Shown: positions 56,526-64,000 of the stretch, in pieces
Position numbering within the stretch: the first letter of the stretch is position 1
How the letters are laid out: every line of letters starts with the position of its first letter
Assembly: GCA_913056345.1 (NCBI GenBank)
Contig: CAJXMH010000003.1
Coordinates: 38,694 to 102,693, forward strand
DNA from: an uncultured Flavobacteriales bacterium
GTDB lineage: Bacteria; Bacteroidota; Bacteroidia; Flavobacteriales_E; Vicingaceae
Length of the DNA: 64,000 nt
Direction: 5' to 3'
Program-made: the position numbers and the translations under genes
Notes under the pieces: generated by a model
The model's database searches: none
The model's input: the letters and a program-made list of their open reading frames with translations, nothing else
What the model was told of the DNA's origin: nothing

Positions 56526-59500
56526 ATGATTCGAATAATTTTACTGCTCTCTTTTCTGTTTTTATTTTTTCAATTTGATGCGATAGGTCAAAAATGGGCT
56601 CCCAAAAACGGTGCTCCACAAACTGAACAGCAGTATACGGTTTTAATCAATGGGCATATTTATTTAGGGAACGGTGAGTGGCTTACCAACGGCAAGATTT
56701 TGCTCAAGGGAAACAAGATCAAGGCGGTGGGGAATGAAATTGCTCTTCCTGACTATACGCTAGTCCACGATCTACAAGGAAAATTTGTTTATCCCTCTTT
56801 TATCGATTTACACACCAGTTTTGGCATAGATAAACCAAAACCAAAGTCTAAAACAGGAAAGCCCCAACTTGAAAGCACCAAAGAAGGTCCCTATTATTGG
56901 AATGAAAGCGTTAGGCCTGAGGTAGAAGCACTAGATTATTTTAGCTATGATCAGAAGACTGCTGAGTCTTATCGAGAACAAGGATTTGGAACTGTGTTGA
57001 CTCATTTTCCTGATGGGGTGATCCGAGGAACTTCTGCCCTGATTGCGCTTACTCATAAGCAAGAGGATCAGTTGATAAAGAACAAAGCTAGCATGCATTA
57101 TTCCTTTTTTAAAGGAAGTTCTCGACAAACCTACCCTTCTTCATTGATGGGGATTATTGCCTTAATTCGACAATTTCATTATGATGCTGAAGCTTACGAA
57201 CAGCAAGCAGCTCAACTACCATACAATCGAAGTTTAGAGGCCGTGAATCAGATGGCCGGTTTACCTAAGCTAATTGCAGTTGACAGCTATCTTTCAGCAT
57301 TGCGAGCAGATAAGATTGCAGATGAATTTGGCTTTCAGTTTATGATTAAAGGTGATGGGCAAGAATATAAACGAATGAAGGCGGTGAAAGCTATGAATAC
57401 ACCACTGATCGTTCCACTCAATTTTCCTAAGCCTTATGATGTGAGCGATCCTTACGATGCACTTCAATTACCGCTTTCAAAAATGAAAGAATGGGAACTT
57501 GCCGATGAAAATGCAGTTCGCTTGATGCAAGAAGAAATTCAATTTGCCTTTACCACTGCTGACCTCGAAAAGCGAGCAGACTTCTTGGGTAACCTAAAAC
57601 GCTGTTTGCAAAAAGGCCTAAGTCACGACCACGCTATTGCCGCTTTAACAAGTGTTCCGGCCAAACTGATTGGCATGGAGCAAACAATCGGCAAACTAGC
57701 TGAAAACTATTCCGCTAACTTTATAATAGCTACTGACACTTTATTTGAGAAAAATAGCCGCATTCTTGCTAATTGGGTTGCAGGTAAAGAATATAGATTA
57801 ATCAACGAAGCTAAAATTGACCTTAGGGGAACTTACAGCCTTAATGTTAATAAGAGAACGCAGTTTGATCTTAAAATTGAGGGTAGCCTAGAAAAGCCAA
57901 AAGCTGAAATAAGCGCAAAAGGAGCTAATAACTACTCTAAAGCCAAACTTAAGCTGGAAGGAAATCGGGTGAACCTGTGGTATGAGAAAGGAAATCAAAG
58001 TTTCCGTTTGAGTGGGGTAGTCAATGATAGCCTAGGTAGGATTTGGACAGGTAAAACCATTGTGAATGAGAATTGGGTTGATTGGGCCGCAATTCGGAAA
58101 AGTTACTTTACAGAAAAACCAAAAGACACCATAGAGCAGGGAATAAAGTCAAAAGCACTTGCATCGCTTACCTATCCGCTTATGGCTTATGGGTGGGATT
58201 CACTTCCGCAAGAAGCGGAAACAATCTTATTTAGAAAAGCCACCCTCTGGACCAATGAAGAAGAGGGCATTTTGAAAGACCACGATCTGTTGATTCACAA
58301 TGGAAAAATAAAAATGGTTGGCTATAAGATCAACCTTCAGGTGATGTTCCCTGATTTAGTTGGGAAAGTACGTGAGATTGATGCTAGTGGACTGCACATA
58401 ACTTCTGGGATAGTTGATGAGCACTCTCACATTGCAATAAGCCGAGGTGTAAATGAATCTGGTCAATCCATCACTTCAGAAGTAAGCATTGGGGATGTGG
58501 TTAATTCAGATGATATAAACCTCTACCGTCAGTTAGCGGGAGGTGTAACAGCTTCTCAATTGTTGCACGGTTCCGCAAATCCCATTGGCGGACAATCAGC
58601 CTTGATCAAATTGCGTTGGGGTCAAGAGCCTGAGAAAATGAAAATAGCAGATGCGCCAGGTTTTATCAAGTTTGCCTTGGGTGAAAACGTAAAGCAGTCT
58701 AATTGGGGCGATGAGCGAACCGTCCGTTTCCCGCAAAGTCGCATGGGGGTAGAGCAGGTCTTTTACGATGGATTTACTCGGGCGAGGGCCTACCGAGACG
58801 AGTGGCGTCTGTACAATGCTAAAAGTAAACGAGAAAAGAAAAAGATCAGTCCTCCCCGAACTGATTTAGAACTTAAAGCCTTAGTAGAGATCTTAGATAC
58901 CCAGCGTTTCGTAACCTGTCATTCTTACATTCAATCTGAGATTAACATGTTAATGCATGTAGCCGATTCCATGAAGTTTAGGATAAACACTTTTACCCAT
59001 GTATTAGAAGGCTATAAAGTAGCGAATAAGTTGAGGCAACATGGGGCTGCTGCTTCAACTTTCTCAGATTGGTGGGCCTACAAATTTGAGGTAAATGACG
59101 CTATACCCTACAATGGGGCTATGCTGCATGAGCAGGAGGTATTGACTGGCTTTAATTCTGATGATGCTGAAATGGGCCGTAGGTTAAATCAAGAGGCTGC
59201 TAAAGCTATGAAGTATGGTGGCTTAAGTGCTGAAGAGGCTTGGAAACTGGTAACGCTCAACCCGGCTAAAATGCTACACTTAGACCACAGAATGGGAAGT
59301 TTAGCACCGGGTAAGGATGCTGACCTTGTAGTTTGGAACGATTTTCCACTTTCTATTTATGCTAAACCCCTAAAGACTTACATTGATGGCATTGCTTACT
59401 TTGATGCTGAACGCGATCATGAGTTAAGAGCCAATGTTATTCGGGAAAGAGAAAGACTTATTAAATTAATGCTTCAAGCGAAAGAGGGCGGTGAGCAAAC

Positions 59501-59558
59501 CCAGAAAGTAAAAAAAGAAAAGCAAAAACTTTATGAGTGTAATACCCTTGAGCCTTAA
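56526..59558 (+). CDS. secreted amidohydrolase-superfamily protein (two-module, 1010 aa)
   Basis: It has a signal peptide. The N-terminal module has FIDLHTSFG in place of the metal-binding HxH. The C-terminal module has a canonical-looking GIVDEHSHIA plus GKDADLVVWN near the end. Confidence 0.8.
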   Translation: MIRIILLLSFLFLFFQFDAIGQKWAPKNGAPQTEQQYTVLINGHIYLGNGEWLTNGKILLKGNKIKAVGNEIALPDYTLVHDLQGKFVYPSFIDLHTSFGIDKPKPKSKTGKPQLESTKEGPYYWNESVRPEVEALDYFSYDQKTAESYREQGFGTVLTHFPDGVIRGTSALIALTHKQEDQLIKNKASMHYSFFKGSSRQTYPSSLMGIIALIRQFHYDAEAYEQQAAQLPYNRSLEAVNQMAGLPKLIAVDSYLSALRADKIADEFGFQFMIKGDGQEYKRMKAVKAMNTPLIVPLNFPKPYDVSDPYDALQLPLSKMKEWELADENAVRLMQEEIQFAFTTADLEKRADFLGNLKRCLQKGLSHDHAIAALTSVPAKLIGMEQTIGKLAENYSANFIIATDTLFEKNSRILANWVAGKEYRLINEAKIDLRGTYSLNVNKRTQFDLKIEGSLEKPKAEISAKGANNYSKAKLKLEGNRVNLWYEKGNQSFRLSGVVNDSLGRIWTGKTIVNENWVDWAAIRKSYFTEKPKDTIEQGIKSKALASLTYPLMAYGWDSLPQEAETILFRKATLWTNEEEGILKDHDLLIHNGKIKMVGYKINLQVMFPDLVGKVREIDASGLHITSGIVDEHSHIAISRGVNESGQSITSEVSIGDVVNSDDINLYRQLAGGVTASQLLHGSANPIGGQSALIKLRWGQEPEKMKIADAPGFIKFALGENVKQSNWGDERTVRFPQSRMGVEQVFYDGFTRARAYRDEWRLYNAKSKREKKKISPPRTDLELKALVEILDTQRFVTCHSYIQSEINMLMHVADSMKFRINTFTHVLEGYKVANKLRQHGAAASTFSDWWAYKFEVNDAIPYNGAMLHEQEVLTGFNSDDAEMGRRLNQEAAKAMKYGGLSAEEAWKLVTLNPAKMLHLDHRMGSLAPGKDADLVVWNDFPLSIYAKPLKTYIDGIAYFDAERDHELRANVIRERERLIKLMLQAKEGGEQTQKVKKEKQKLYECNTLEP

Positions 59559-60849
59559 TAGATTTAAGTGGTTGGTAGTTTGTTGCTTGTTAGGCCATTC
59601 GCTTCAAGCCCAGATACCAAGCCCTGCTCCAAAGCAAAATCAAAGTATTTTGTTGTTAAATGCTACAGCTCATCTTGGCAATGGTGAGCTGATTCCACGT
59701 TCTGCTATAGGTTTTGAAAATGGAAAGCTTAGCGCTGTAATGGCAGCAATTGACATTCGCTTGGATACTAATGCTTATGATACCATTTATCATTTAGAGG
59801 GAAAGCACATCTATCCGGGTTTTATTGCCCCAAATTCCCGCCTAGGCTTGGTTGAAATTGATGCTGTTAGAGCTAGTAGGGACTATGATGATGTGGGTAT
59901 TTTTAATCCACACGTACGCACTTTAACTGCATTTAATACAGAGTCTCGAATAACTCCAACCGTAAGGTCAAATGGGGTTTTGATTGCACAAATTGCTCCT
60001 AAAGGAGGAAGAATATCAGGAACTTCAAGCATTTTCAAGTTAGATTCATGGAATTGGGAAGACGGCGTTGTTATAAAAGATGACGGCATTCATTTAAATT
60101 GGCCGGATGCTAATTTTCGTTGGTACCGAGAAGCAGCCAAACAGGAAAAGGCTGCTAAAGCCTATCAAAAGCAGCAGGCAGCAATCAAAACTTTTTTTGA
60201 TAAAGCAAGAGCCTATGCAAAAGTAGCTTTCCATCTGGAGAAAGACCTGCGGCTAGAAGCTATGACAAAACTGTTTGAAGGAAAAGCTAAACTCTTTGTA
60301 CATGCCGATCAAGTAAAGGAGATTACCGATGCGCTGTACTTTACAGATCATTATGATTTTGAGGTAGTATTGGTAGGGGGTCATGACGCTTGGCTTGTAA
60401 CCGACCTTTTGAAAGATAGAGGTATTCCGGTGCTTTTAAGACGTGTACATTCTTTACCTTACTATCAAGATGAGGCAATTGACTTCCCCTATCGACTACC
60501 TTCTATTCTCGTTCAAAAAGGAATTTTGGTTGGTTTAGAGAATTCAGGAGATATGGAGGCCATGGGTACACGTAACTTACCTTTTTATGCAGGTACCGCA
60601 GCAGCTTATGGGCTAGAGTCTGAAAAAGCCTTATCATTGATTACCCTGAATACTGCCAAAATATTAGGGATTGAGGAGCAGTTGGGTAGCTTAGAGGTAG
60701 GGAAACAGGCAACATTGTTTGTTTCTGAAGGAGACGCCCTTGACATGCGAACGAACCAATTGATTCATGCCTTTATCGATGGGAGAAAGATAAGTCTTGA
60801 CAATCCGCAGAAGCAGCTTTACAGGAAGTATTCTAAAAAGTACCGTTAA
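59533..60849 (+). CDS. secreted amidohydrolase-like protein (degenerate metal site)
   Basis: 438 aa with a signal peptide. IYPGFIAPNSRLGL sits where HxH is expected, and the amidohydrolase-like C-terminal block is GSLEVGKQATLFV. It overlaps the upstream gene by 26 nt. Confidence 0.75.
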   Translation: MSVIPLSLNRFKWLVVCCLLGHSLQAQIPSPAPKQNQSILLLNATAHLGNGELIPRSAIGFENGKLSAVMAAIDIRLDTNAYDTIYHLEGKHIYPGFIAPNSRLGLVEIDAVRASRDYDDVGIFNPHVRTLTAFNTESRITPTVRSNGVLIAQIAPKGGRISGTSSIFKLDSWNWEDGVVIKDDGIHLNWPDANFRWYREAAKQEKAAKAYQKQQAAIKTFFDKARAYAKVAFHLEKDLRLEAMTKLFEGKAKLFVHADQVKEITDALYFTDHYDFEVVLVGGHDAWLVTDLLKDRGIPVLLRRVHSLPYYQDEAIDFPYRLPSILVQKGILVGLENSGDMEAMGTRNLPFYAGTAAAYGLESEKALSLITLNTAKILGIEEQLGSLEVGKQATLFVSEGDALDMRTNQLIHAFIDGRKISLDNPQKQLYRKYSKKYR

Positions 60850-60850
60850 G

Positions 60851-61840
60851 TTACAGGGCGGTTGTGTAACCTAACTTCTTTCTCACTCTGCCTAGCACTT
60901 CTTTTGCAATTTTACTTGCTTTTCTTGCTCCTTCTTCAAGCTTTTGATCGATCAATTCAGGATTTTCCATGAACTCATTATAGCGTTTACGCTCTTCTGC
61001 AAAGGTGTCGAGTAACAATTCAAAAAGCGCTTGTTTGGCATGACCATAGCCATAATTTCCACCTTCATAGTTTTGACGCATTTCTGCAATTTGTTCATTG
61101 CTAGCAATCAATTTATACAAGGCAAAAACATTACAACTCTCAGGGTCCTTCGGCTCTTCAAGCGGGGTGCTATCGGTTTCGATTTTCATTACCGCTTTGC
61201 GTAGCTTTTTTTCTGCTAAGAAAATGTTGAGGTAGTTATTGTAGGTTTTACTCATCTTACGCCCATCAGTCCCGGGAATTACCATGACCTTTTCGTCAAT
61301 TAATGGCTCAGGAATTACAAAAGTCTCACCGTAAAGGTGATTAAAGGAGCTTGCAATATCCCTTGTCATCTCTAAATGCTGTTTCTGGTCTTTTCCTACC
61401 GGAACCATTTCAGCATCATAAAGTAAAATGTCGCAAGCCATCAAAACCGGATAATCAAAGAGGCCTGCGTTTACATCAGAAAGATTCTCTGATTTGTCTT
61501 TAAAAGAATGTGCATTAGCAAGCATAGGAAATGGAGTATGGCAATTCAGATACCAGGTTAACTCACATACTTCAGGTACATCAGATTGCTTGTAGAACAC
61601 ATTTTTATCAGTATCGAAACCAAAAGCTAACCAAGCAGCAGCAACCGCATAAGTGTTCTTCTTTCTTACCGCAGCATCTTTTACCGTAGTAAGTGAGTGC
61701 AAATCTGCAATAAAGAAAAATGCTTCATGATCTTGCTGTTTTGATAGGGCGATGCCTGGTTTTATTGCACCTAAGATGTTACCTAGATGAACCTCTCCGC
61801 TGCTGCCTGAACTTTGTATTCCGGTTAATATTCTTGCCAT
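60851..61840 (-). CDS. trpS: tryptophan--tRNA ligase
   Basis: 329 aa with TGIQSSG..VHLGNILG (HIGH region), VPVGKDQKQHLE and KMSKT (KMSKS). Confidence 0.95.
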   Translation of the reverse strand: MARILTGIQSSGSSGEVHLGNILGAIKPGIALSKQQDHEAFFFIADLHSLTTVKDAAVRKKNTYAVAAAWLAFGFDTDKNVFYKQSDVPEVCELTWYLNCHTPFPMLANAHSFKDKSENLSDVNAGLFDYPVLMACDILLYDAEMVPVGKDQKQHLEMTRDIASSFNHLYGETFVIPEPLIDEKVMVIPGTDGRKMSKTYNNYLNIFLAEKKLRKAVMKIETDSTPLEEPKDPESCNVFALYKLIASNEQIAEMRQNYEGGNYGYGHAKQALFELLLDTFAEERKRYNEFMENPELIDQKLEEGARKASKIAKEVLGRVRKKLGYTTAL

Positions 61841-61876
61841 CGTTCAAAAATACAAATTTGTCCTATTTTTGATTCG

Positions 61877-62608
61877 ATGAAGGTGCTGAAAGGGATATTG
61901 AGAAACACTTATAAAATCTACTTTTTTTTAGTAGTAGCCCTTACCTTAATAGTTTTATATCCTGCATATTGGATTCTTTTAAATAACGAGAAGTATTTTC
62001 AAAAAGGATTTCAATTGGTGCGTTTTCAAGCCAAACTTATTTTATTCTTGGTGGGAGTGAGTCGTAAAGTGCATGGTAGCATACCAGACGACCAAAATAC
62101 CTCCTACATTATTTGTCCCAATCATAGCTCTTACTTAGATATTTTGATCTTGTATGCGGTTTTCCCTCACTATTTTGTCTTTTTAGGGAAGAAGGAGTTA
62201 GGTGATATCCCAATTTTCAATATTTTCTTTAAAAGAATGAATATTTTGATTGACCGCTCAAACCCAAAATCGGCGCATGCTTCAATAGTGAAAGCCTGCA
62301 AAGTAATGGAAGACGGAGATAATGTGGTGATTTTCCCTGAGGGAACCATTCCGCCTACAGCGCCTAAAATGAAGTCCTTTAAAAACGGTGCTTTTAGAGT
62401 AGCGCAACAACTTAAGATCCCAATTGTACCGGTTACTTTCGTAAACCATGTTGAGTTATTGGAAGATCGGTTTACCTTCTTCGCAAAGTGTCGACCTGGT
62501 AGGTCAACTGTTTTCATTCATGATCCCGTTTACATCAATGAGCAAGCACCTCAAGATTTAGTAGCTTTGCGCGAGCATTGCAAGCAAATTATTGCTTCAA
62601 AACTGTAA
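61877..62608 (+). CDS. plsC: 1-acyl-sn-glycerol-3-phosphate acyltransferase
   Basis: 243 aa with an N-terminal TM, NHSSYLD (HX4D) and FPEGT motifs. Confidence 0.88.
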   Translation: MKVLKGILRNTYKIYFFLVVALTLIVLYPAYWILLNNEKYFQKGFQLVRFQAKLILFLVGVSRKVHGSIPDDQNTSYIICPNHSSYLDILILYAVFPHYFVFLGKKELGDIPIFNIFFKRMNILIDRSNPKSAHASIVKACKVMEDGDNVVIFPEGTIPPTAPKMKSFKNGAFRVAQQLKIPIVPVTFVNHVELLEDRFTFFAKCRPGRSTVFIHDPVYINEQAPQDLVALREHCKQIIASKL

Positions 62609-62613
62609 CTTTT

Positions 62614-62910
62614 ATGAGCAAAATAGACGAAAAGGTAGTTGATCAATTAGCTGAGTTAGCAAGGTTAGAGTTTAACCCCGAGGAGAAAAAGAAAATCTTA
62701 GGTGATATGGAGCGAATGCTTGATTTTGTGGCTAAGATCGAAGAGGTAGATACTAGCGGAGTAAAGCCGCTTATTTATCCTTTAGAGGAAGAAACGCCCC
62801 TAAGGGAAGATCAAGCAAAGCGAGATTACACCAATCAAGATGCACTAAGAAATGCGCCTGATAAAGACACCGACTTTATTCGGGTTCCAAAAGTGTTGGA
62901 CAAGAAGTAA
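62614..62910 (+). CDS. gatC: Asp/Glu-tRNA amidotransferase subunit C
   Basis: 98 aa from ATG 62614 (MSKIDEKVVDQLAELARLEF...LREDQ...FIRVPKVL). The track start at 62578 would overlap plsC. Confidence 0.88.
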   Translation: MSKIDEKVVDQLAELARLEFNPEEKKKILGDMERMLDFVAKIEEVDTSGVKPLIYPLEEETPLREDQAKRDYTNQDALRNAPDKDTDFIRVPKVLDKK

Positions 62911-62927
62911 GTTAACCGAATAAAAAA

Positions 62928-62958
62928 GCCCCCTTTGCAAGTGCAAAGGGGGCTTTTT
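62928..62958. terminator. bidirectional rho-independent terminator between gatC and the convergent SGNH hydrolase gene
   Basis: Perfect 11-bp stem GCCCCCTTTGC/GCAAAGGGGGC with loop aagt, flanked by A6 upstream and T5 downstream. Confidence 0.9.
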
Positions 62959-62980
62959 AGTTTCCACTATTCATTAATTT

Positions 62981-64000
62981 TTATGGGAAAACAATTCCTT
63001 CATACTGGTTTACATCTACCTTAGGAATAGAAGAGCCATATTTCGAATTGATTGCATCAATGTGCGCATTGGCTATAATAGCATAGCCAACTGTATTCGG
63101 ATGAACACCATCTAAAGAAAAGGCACCACCTGAAATAAATTGAGTTGAGTAAGTTACTCCATTGAAAGATAAACCTTTTTCCATTTCTTCTAAGATGGCC
63201 TTAGTGTCCACAAAAGCAAGATTATTGTTATCTGCTGCCTGTTTGATGATTGAATTATAGCTATCTATGGCTCCTTTAATTGCATCAGTTTCAGTTTTGT
63301 CAAGTACGTAATTCAAAGGAATCCCTTTTTGACTTCCCCAACCTGCGCATTTCAAAGAATCTTGTGGAGTTGACAATATGATTAAATCTCGGGGAAGCGC
63401 TTGTCTTATATTTGGCAATCCAGGTACTGAGCGTCCAGGTCGATCATTAATAACAAAAGCATTATTACCGGCACTAAAATTGATTTTTTTCAAATTGCCT
63501 TGGTTTTCCGTTAAAGCACCACCTGCAACGGCTTGATCAATTCCTGCATTATAATTAGCATAAGCTTGATTTAAGGCTGTAGCTTCAGCAGCAGTTAGTT
63601 CTAAATTATTCCACCTAATTGTATTAAAAAATGGAATAGAAGTAATGTCAGGAATGTTAGCGAGTATTCCATTAGCACCATTAGCCGTTAAACTGGCAAC
63701 TAAGGCATTATAAGTTGCTTCAAAGCCAACACCGGCAGGACCTGCTATTGGGGTTATTTGTTCATTACCTTCATCACCACCACTTGTAGCGTAGCCCAAA
63801 ACATCATTGTTCCCAATCCAAAGGCTAAAAAAGGTAGGATTGGCAGATGCTGCTGCCGCTACAACAGTCTCATTGTTATTAGATGGATTAGCAAAACGCA
63901 CGTAATAGGGATTAGCCGAATTATTAGCTAAGTTAGCTGCATTACCATATCCTGGTGCTAGAAGGTGAAAAGATTTTGCGCCAGGTACTGCATAATTGTT
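62981..64000 (-). CDS. SGNH/GDSL-family hydrolase (lipase/esterase), 5' end outside window
   Basis: WIGNNDVLGYA (block III GxND) and LDGVHPN (block V DxxH) are present. Block I (GDS) is not in the 306-aa track ORF. My translation of 63902-64000 stays open in frame (NNYAVPGAKSFHLLAPGYGNAANLANNSANPYYV), so the gene continues beyond the window edge. Confidence 0.75.
   Translation of the reverse strand, partial: NNYAVPGAKSFHLLAPGYGNAANLANNSANPYYVRFANPSNNNETVVAAAASANPTFFSLWIGNNDVLGYATSGGDEGNEQITPIAGPAGVGFEATYNALVASLTANGANGILANIPDITSIPFFNTIRWNNLELTAAEATALNQAYANYNAGIDQAVAGGALTENQGNLKKINFSAGNNAFVINDRPGRSVPGLPNIRQALPRDLIILSTPQDSLKCAGWGSQKGIPLNYVLDKTETDAIKGAIDSYNSIIKQAADNNNLAFVDTKAILEEMEKGLSFNGVTYSTQFISGGAFSLDGVHPNTVGYAIIANAHIDAINSKYGSSIPKVDVNQYEGIVFP

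Noticed and set aside
736-62517. About 60 short ORFs (60-130 aa) in the track that lie antisense to, or out of frame inside, well-supported genes. Examples are 736-954, 1565-2084, 4266-4535, 9680-9919, 11632-11865, 12266-12748, 25359-26745, 30976-31449, 31642-31989, 43182-43885, 44421-44711, 46830-47331, 51102-51456, 52130-52486 and 62170-62517.
   Set aside because: Each is fully overlapped by a longer ORF with clear family motifs. Their products are low-complexity with no motifs, as expected for shadow ORFs.
1-64000. CRISPR arrays, rRNA genes, IS elements, integrases and phage structural genes.
   Set aside because: Reading both strands, I found no regularly spaced direct repeats, no rRNA-like sequence, and no ORF with DDE, tyrosine-recombinase or serine-recombinase motifs. 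The absence applies to this window only.

Overview
This is a chromosomal segment of a Bacteroidota bacterium, probably Flavobacteriia-like. The assignment rests on a T9SS type-B C-terminal sorting domain protein, a lipoprotein-type LptC, a DUF2480 gene trailing the suf operon, and TAnnTTTG -7 boxes close to start codons. I support about 65 protein genes and 2 tRNAs (Phe-GAA and Ser-GGA). I found no rRNA, no CRISPR array, and no recognisable transposase, integrase or phage gene. Most of the window is housekeeping: ribE 3' end, metF, lepA, thiL, a complete sufA-sufBCDSE-sufT Fe-S operon, coaX, lptC, a ppiD-like gene, kbl, gdhA, dprA, kdsB, tatD, ansA, exbB-exbD-exbD, dusB, a lolE-like permease, rbfA, an msbA-like exporter, hflX, trpS, plsC and gatC. 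Three accessory patches stand out. (i) At 15.77-18.97 kb, between the DUF2480 gene and tRNA-Phe, four minus-strand genes are separated by progressively decayed copies of the DUF2480 gene 3' end. (ii) At 35.2-40.8 kb, between an acyl-CoA thioesterase gene and tatD, lie an antitoxin-like relic, a minimal nucleotidyltransferase with a small overlapping partner ORF, a divergent very AT-rich two-gene ORFan operon (37768-39148), and two further ORFans bracketed by a duplicated tatD promoter/5' end. (iii) At 42.81-42.98 kb there is an att-like duplication of the tRNA-Ser 3' end. The best candidate for an undescribed system is the NTase pair plus the divergent AT-rich two-gene operon at 36.9-39.15 kb. 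The recurring pattern of an intact gene terminus plus a decayed copy bracketing integrase-less cassettes is the second notable signal. A wHTH-Fic protein whose catalytic His reads Gln is also flagged. All calls come from reading the sequence and the ORF track, and no database search was run.
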